Source of the DNA: a virus
Reading direction: 5' to 3' (one strand)
IMG/VR virus record: IMGVR_UViG_3300035685_000001
Span: 1-64,000 of that record
DNA length: 64,000 bases
Numbering within the stretch: the first letter of the stretch is position 1; each line of letters begins with the position of its first letter. The translations under genes were made by a program, and so were the position numbers. The notes beneath the pieces are model-generated. The model had not been told where the DNA came from. It saw only the letters and a program-made list of their open reading frames with translations, and made no database searches. Of the stretch, positions 59,286 through 64,000 are shown one piece after another.

Positions 59286-60272
59286 CTAAATTCCTTCTAC
59301 CATTGCGATTTCCATGGGGCGCATACAGTGAACACCACCAAAACGGCTTACCGTATGGATGACTATCTCCATATTCATGGTATGTTCAGGCAGAATAGTG
59401 TAAGGAATTGGAATACTAATGTGAATTGCATCTGGGTCATCAGGCAGAATAAGCATCACGTCTGAGCCGCCTGTACCTTTACCTTTTAAATTATTATCGC
59501 TAATAATTTGAGTAATATACCCCATCTCCCTCTGCCCCGATAGCCAGGTTTCAGCGATAGACATATCTGTATTCGCCCGTGGGTTAAACAGATAGTTGCG
59601 TTGAGTAGAAGGCAACACGATCTTGCGTGGCATTGCTAGCTCATTAGTTGTATCAATGAGCCTACTAACAAAGCCGTTTAATGCCCCTACAATCTGTACA
59701 TCACTAAAGTTGTTGTCAATAGTGATAGGACTGTTAAACCGCTGAATGGGAATATTGAAAATACCAGGTAAGCCTACGGTATCATCACCTAGATAAGATG
59801 TGATATTTACGTACTTATCGTTTGCCTCTCTTGTAGCGGTCAAGCGTTGTTGTTGTAGAGGTTTGCGAGCAGCCCTAGCCTTATTGATTTCTTCCCAGGA
59901 ATAACCTGTATGGTTACCAATGGTTTTAACGGGGTATCTAGCTCGTCTTGTGAGAGTTCCTACTCGTGGGCCACCTTTTGTGTAGTCCGAGATTAGAGCA
60001 GAAATGCCTACTGTGTCATATTCCTCTACTTCTACAAAATCTGCCCAAGCTAAAGCAGTGTCAATTACGATAGGCAGAATTTGACCGCTCGCCATCTTCA
60101 ATGGGGCATACCTCTTTTTGTAGGCGTTCGCCTTCTGCACTACAAGGTCTTTCCCTACAAACGCCAAGGTATCCGCGTCGAAGTGACCTTGACTAATCCC
60201 ACTATCGGTATGAGCAGGTAAGTTGAGCAGTTTATTTAGCTCGTCAGTATGTTCTAGTACAGCCGTAGTCAT
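59286..60272 (-). CDS. Major capsid protein (candidate)
   Basis: 328 aa, downstream of the scaffold-like gene and upstream of the connectors. No motif was recognised by eye. Confidence 0.5.
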   Translation of the reverse strand: MTTAVLEHTDELNKLLNLPAHTDSGISQGHFDADTLAFVGKDLVVQKANAYKKRYAPLKMASGQILPIVIDTALAWADFVEVEEYDTVGISALISDYTKGGPRVGTLTRRARYPVKTIGNHTGYSWEEINKARAARKPLQQQRLTATREANDKYVNITSYLGDDTVGLPGIFNIPIQRFNSPITIDNNFSDVQIVGALNGFVSRLIDTTNELAMPRKIVLPSTQRNYLFNPRANTDMSIAETWLSGQREMGYITQIISDNNLKGKGTGGSDVMLILPDDPDAIHISIPIPYTILPEHTMNMEIVIHTVSRFGGVHCMRPMEIAMVEGI

Positions 60273-60288
60273 TAATTTAGTCCTTCAA

Positions 60289-61095
60289 TTAAAAATTAAC
60301 TGCAACAACACCTAAGTCCATAGCGTTACCGCTACTATCAAATCTTGCCCCTGTAAGCTGTTGGAAGCCTGTAGCAGCACCCGCTCGCACCATACCAGCT
60401 TCAGTGCCACCAACTTTGTAAAAGACAGTATCAGTAGGCTTAAACGGTGTAAGTACCCGCATCCACACACGTCCACGATTAAACGAGTTAATCATCTCGT
60501 AAGGTTCAACCCCATCGTCATCAGTGAGAAGTGTTCCCTCAGCATTTGCGTGAGCATCTGTACGTGTTGCAACACAACGTGGAATGTCAGTAGAAGCTTG
60601 AGGAAGTTTGCCGACTCCAGATGGATCACTAATTCCAGTAGCAATTACTCTGCCAAAGGGGATTTTCTTAGAATCTAAGGCATCTTGTAGTTTGGTTACT
60701 GTGTAACCTGTACCTCCACCTAACACGGTTACAACAATGTTGCCTTTAGTGCCAGGAAACTTAGCTGCAACAGTAATATCTGTACCTACTGTCGCTGTTG
60801 CAACGCCTGATAACTGAGGATTGTTTGTTAACTCGGTGATTAAGCCTGTACGAATATCAGCAACCGTATCACTTGCACCACTGGTGTAAGTCACAGTCAT
60901 ACCGCTTACATTTACCGAGTAAGCAGTATTAGGCGTAGCAGTTCCAATTGCGATCGCATAGATAGCGTTCTGGATGCCCGAACCGTTCCGCAGGTTTGGA
61001 GTTACAAAGTCATGAGGGAATGAGTCTACAATCATGCCCTCGATGGCATTAGGGCTGTAGAGTTCTGAAGGGGTAACAAAGTAAGAAGCGTACAT
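60289..61095 (-). CDS. Capsid-associated protein (decoration/cement?)
   Basis: Position between the scaffold and capsid genes. Thr/Gly/Val-rich, beta-rich sequence. Confidence 0.35.
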   Translation of the reverse strand: MYASYFVTPSELYSPNAIEGMIVDSFPHDFVTPNLRNGSGIQNAIYAIAIGTATPNTAYSVNVSGMTVTYTSGASDTVADIRTGLITELTNNPQLSGVATATVGTDITVAAKFPGTKGNIVVTVLGGGTGYTVTKLQDALDSKKIPFGRVIATGISDPSGVGKLPQASTDIPRCVATRTDAHANAEGTLLTDDDGVEPYEMINSFNRGRVWMRVLTPFKPTDTVFYKVGGTEAGMVRAGAATGFQQLTGARFDSSGNAMDLGVVAVNF

Positions 61096-61109
61096 TTTAA
61101 CCTCGTTAT

Positions 61110-62441
61110 TTAACTAGCTGTTGCAGCCGTGGGATTAGTCATAGCCTGAACCATTTCTAACCATGCTGTTGTATCTGCTCGCTGTTCAGTCTTTGGTGGA
61201 GTGCTAGCAGCTTGACGGGCTGATGCTGCAAGAGGAGCAGTGGTGTCACGGTTCTCATGAGCTTCAACGATCGCATCAAAGCGCGCCTCTACATAGGCAT
61301 CATTGCGACCGTCTAAAGTAGTAAGGCTGCTCTTATTGAGGATTACGGCTTCTCTTAAAGTGCGATCGTTTGCCTCATCAATATTGAAGTCCTTTGGCAA
61401 CAGTCCGTCACACTTACGCTCTAGCTCTCTGCGAGCCTTTACTAAAGTCATAAGTTCAGCACTGTCTAAGGCTGGCTTAGCAGGTGTCTCCTTAAGTTGT
61501 TTGACTTCATCAGCTAGCTGATCGGCTCTCGCTGCTTGAGTGTCTTTCTCTTTAGCTAATGCTTCAATAGAGTCAAAACCCGTAGCCTTAAGAGCAGCCT
61601 GTAAGGAGTCAAGTTGACTGATTGAATCAGTCTTATCTTTTGTCATATCTGCTAAGTCAGCTTTAGCTTTTGTAAGCTCAGCCTCAAGGCTGGCAATCTT
61701 AGCCTTTGCAGACCCTACAGCGTCAGCATCACGCTTGAATTTATCGCTGATTGGTTTGGCATAAGCCAGAGGTACGTTGATACTCTCGAACTCATCAAGT
61801 TTAAGAGTTAACGTTTCCAAAGTTGGGGCTGTGGGATTAATTGTAGTAGTTGTCATATCTAATTCATCATTATGTATAGGTTCACTAACGAAAACTTCTA
61901 GCTGCTCACCTTCTACAGAGTCAACATTTACTCTGACATCTGCTCCGGCTCTACCTTGTTCGCAAATTGTGACGTGATTGCCAAGACGATAAACCTGGTC
62001 AAACTTTCCGTCAGAGCGTTGCCGGGTTCCTGCCATATAACCACAACTAACCTGCTTAGTCCTTCCGCTCTTAATGCCTCGGATAGTTTCAGAGTCAGTA
62101 ACAGTTGCAACGATGCCTAAAAAATCACCATCAATGGTGACTAAATTGCCTGTCATACCCTTAGAGTAAGCTCCTGCATTATCAGCATTAAGCATTACTG
62201 GGGGATGATTTGGCGACGTTATGGGTTTCATTTTGAAGCTATCAATACTTTTTGAGTCAAATAAAACTTCAGGTGTTACAACTTCGAGGCGATCGCTTCC
62301 GTCTTTATTGAAGTATTTAAGCTCTCCTACTTTTGCAATCGTCATGTGAAGACGTAAGAATCCTTCAGGGGTGTCCTCATGTTTAAAGATCGTTCCCCTG
62401 TCAAAATGCAAAGATTCAGTTACGTTTTCAGCAATAGTCAT
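61110..62441 (-). CDS. Scaffold / prohead-protease-like protein (DUF2213-like N-terminus plus coiled coil)
   Basis: The N-terminal third resembles the DUF2213 family. The centre is Ala/Lys/Glu-rich coiled coil, typical of scaffolds. Confidence 0.45.
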   Translation of the reverse strand: MTIAENVTESLHFDRGTIFKHEDTPEGFLRLHMTIAKVGELKYFNKDGSDRLEVVTPEVLFDSKSIDSFKMKPITSPNHPPVMLNADNAGAYSKGMTGNLVTIDGDFLGIVATVTDSETIRGIKSGRTKQVSCGYMAGTRQRSDGKFDQVYRLGNHVTICEQGRAGADVRVNVDSVEGEQLEVFVSEPIHNDELDMTTTTINPTAPTLETLTLKLDEFESINVPLAYAKPISDKFKRDADAVGSAKAKIASLEAELTKAKADLADMTKDKTDSISQLDSLQAALKATGFDSIEALAKEKDTQAARADQLADEVKQLKETPAKPALDSAELMTLVKARRELERKCDGLLPKDFNIDEANDRTLREAVILNKSSLTTLDGRNDAYVEARFDAIVEAHENRDTTAPLAASARQAASTPPKTEQRADTTAWLEMVQAMTNPTAATAS

Positions 62442-62533
62442 TGCTAGGCTTTATGTAGCGAATAAATGCAAGCCTAGCATAGAGTTTATTGGTGTGACAC
62501 TTTTCAGAACGCCTAACAGTAAAATACTTTTGT

Positions 62534-62812
62534 TTATGTTAAGTCAGTAAACAATACATTTTCAGCAGCATTTTCTTCAATATCTTTATTAGCTAGCTGA
62601 TTCCTTACGGCTACAACATTGATAGAGTCTTCATCAACAGAAGCTAAACCTACAGCATTAGCGTTACCAATAGCTTCTGCAAACATGGCTAAAACATCTA
62701 TCATTTCTGGCAATTGATTAGATTCATTCTTGCTTGCTAAGTCTTGATGCTTGGCAACTAAATAGACTTGATATAGGTAGCTAGAAATTAATGAATTGTT
62801 AATATTGCTCAT
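62534..62812 (-). CDS. Hypothetical protein
   Basis: Track ORF in the operon. Confidence 0.4.
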   Translation of the reverse strand: MSNINNSLISSYLYQVYLVAKHQDLASKNESNQLPEMIDVLAMFAEAIGNANAVGLASVDEDSINVVAVRNQLANKDIEENAAENVLFTDLT

Positions 62813-62815
62813 ACA

Positions 62816-64000
62816 TTAGTGATTGACTTCTAAGGGTACTTTATCAAAACCTGCTCGCCTAATAGCGTTGATCGCATCTTCTATTTCCTTCCATGTGGCA
62901 TTACTTAACGCAACTATACACCCTGCACTACCAGGGCTGTACAGCCTGTTGCCATCATTGTGAATCATTAGCTCAGACCTCCATACACCATTGATAAGTA
63001 TCGGGTCTGGAAGAATATGAAACGCATTGCCAGCTATCCCCTTGACGTGCTTAAGGTTGTATGGGCTTGTGTTCACCCAGTAGTGCTTGATAGGATTGCC
63101 GTTCTTATCTTTAACATACTTATGCCCTGGCAATGCTCCCTTGCCCTTCATGTCAGTAGCACCTGAGTACTGATAGCGAGGTTGCCCACTGGTGCAGTCC
63201 CACTCTGATACTGAGTCAAGATTGGGGAATCCTTTAAGCCTCAAGGTGCCTACTACAATATTCTGACTAGGCTTATCCTTGAGTGGCATATCAAACACAA
63301 AGTAAGGTTGAGGCTTAGCAATTGGCAAAGATGCTTTTACAGTCTCCCCTGGCAATACCCGATACATTGTTCCGAATGTTGCTCGCTGGCTTGTGGAAAG
63401 CTGAGCGTCTAGCCACTTAAACGCCTCTTGTTGATGGGGTTTGCCATCGTAGTATTGTGCAGCGTTTACAAGGCTAATAGGGCTAGCCGGAGTAGTAGCT
63501 TGAAAGGGTTGAATACCTGCCTTTAGATAGTCCTGGATTCTATACCAATTATCGAGTATAGCTACATCTGTTATAACAATGCCTTTTGCCCACAAGATAG
63601 CCTCTGATCGCCTTCTACGGGTTAAACCTAAAAGGGGTGACTTGACACCATCAACTATTGCCTTATCCCAATCTAAAAGTCTGGTAGGCACTTCCTCTAA
63701 GTTGTTTCTGATGGCATTACCAAATGAGGGAGCATCTAGCGCCCCGTAGCCAACGTTGTAGAGGAAAGATAGCAAGGCTGCTCTCTGATGGGTTTGAAGC
63801 TTAGCCCAGATGCTATCGGGTATTGAGTTGGCAAGAGTTAGGAGAGCTTCTTGTAAATAGATGTCGGCTTGCTGTTGAGTAATGCGTTGATTTGAACGTA
63901 TCCAGGCTGCAACAAGTCCATACCCGATTGTGAGGTGCCCTGCTGGACAACGATAAGCTTCTAGGCGGCAACCTTCAAAGTGTTTGATGAGTTCGTAAGT
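62816..64000 (-). CDS. Endolysin: lysozyme domain fused to YkuD-like L,D-transpeptidase-fold domain (5' end outside window)
   Basis: The frame stays open upstream of the track start to the window edge. It gives HFEGCRLEAYRCPAGHLTIGYG (the lysozyme E-x8-C-x5-T triad) ...AALLSFLYNVG...GLTRRRRSE. C-terminal HNDGNRLYSPGSAGCIV matches the H...S.GC YkuD motif. Confidence 0.65.
   Translation of the reverse strand, partial: TYELIKHFEGCRLEAYRCPAGHLTIGYGLVAAWIRSNQRITQQQADIYLQEALLTLANSIPDSIWAKLQTHQRAALLSFLYNVGYGALDAPSFGNAIRNNLEEVPTRLLDWDKAIVDGVKSPLLGLTRRRRSEAILWAKGIVITDVAILDNWYRIQDYLKAGIQPFQATTPASPISLVNAAQYYDGKPHQQEAFKWLDAQLSTSQRATFGTMYRVLPGETVKASLPIAKPQPYFVFDMPLKDKPSQNIVVGTLRLKGFPNLDSVSEWDCTSGQPRYQYSGATDMKGKGALPGHKYVKDKNGNPIKHYWVNTSPYNLKHVKGIAGNAFHILPDPILINGVWRSELMIHNDGNRLYSPGSAGCIVALSNATWKEIEDAINAIRRAGFDKVPLEVNH

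Noticed and set aside
1-64000. Integrase, excisionase, attP, terminase, portal, CRISPR-Cas, retron or reverse-transcriptase genes
   Set aside because: I looked for their usual motifs in the ORF translations and found none in this window. Terminase and portal presumably lie beyond the right edge, upstream of the endolysin and scaffold genes.

Overview
This window looks like a contiguous piece of a tailed, siphovirus-like phage or prophage of a HIP1-rich cyanobacterium; I verified 17 GCGATCGC sites by eye. The plus strand carries, in order: the 3' part of a repeat-containing tail-fibre-like gene; an accessory region of small ORFs rich in homing-endonuclease-type genes (GIY-YIG, two HNH, LAGLIDADG, PD-(D/E)xK); a replication and nucleotide block (SF2 helicase, RuvC-like resolvase on the minus strand, Dda/RecD-like helicase, primase-helicase, Dam, ThyX, dCTP deaminase); a CPBP protease plus CHASE3 histidine kinase island; and a roughly 4200-aa tape-measure-like multi-enzyme gene followed by a gpM-like gene. 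The minus strand from 52 to 64 kb carries a ParB-like gene and a head-to-tail morphogenesis operon: lysozyme/YkuD endolysin, scaffold, capsid, connectors, tail tube, and G/G-T chaperones with a -1 frameshift site. The most unusual signals are a 14-copy family of ~100-nt structured intergenic repeats with compensatory stem substitutions, a reiterated terminator-promoter cassette, and two small genes broken at poly-A runs. All functional calls rest on motifs recognised by eye. No database search or folding program was available.
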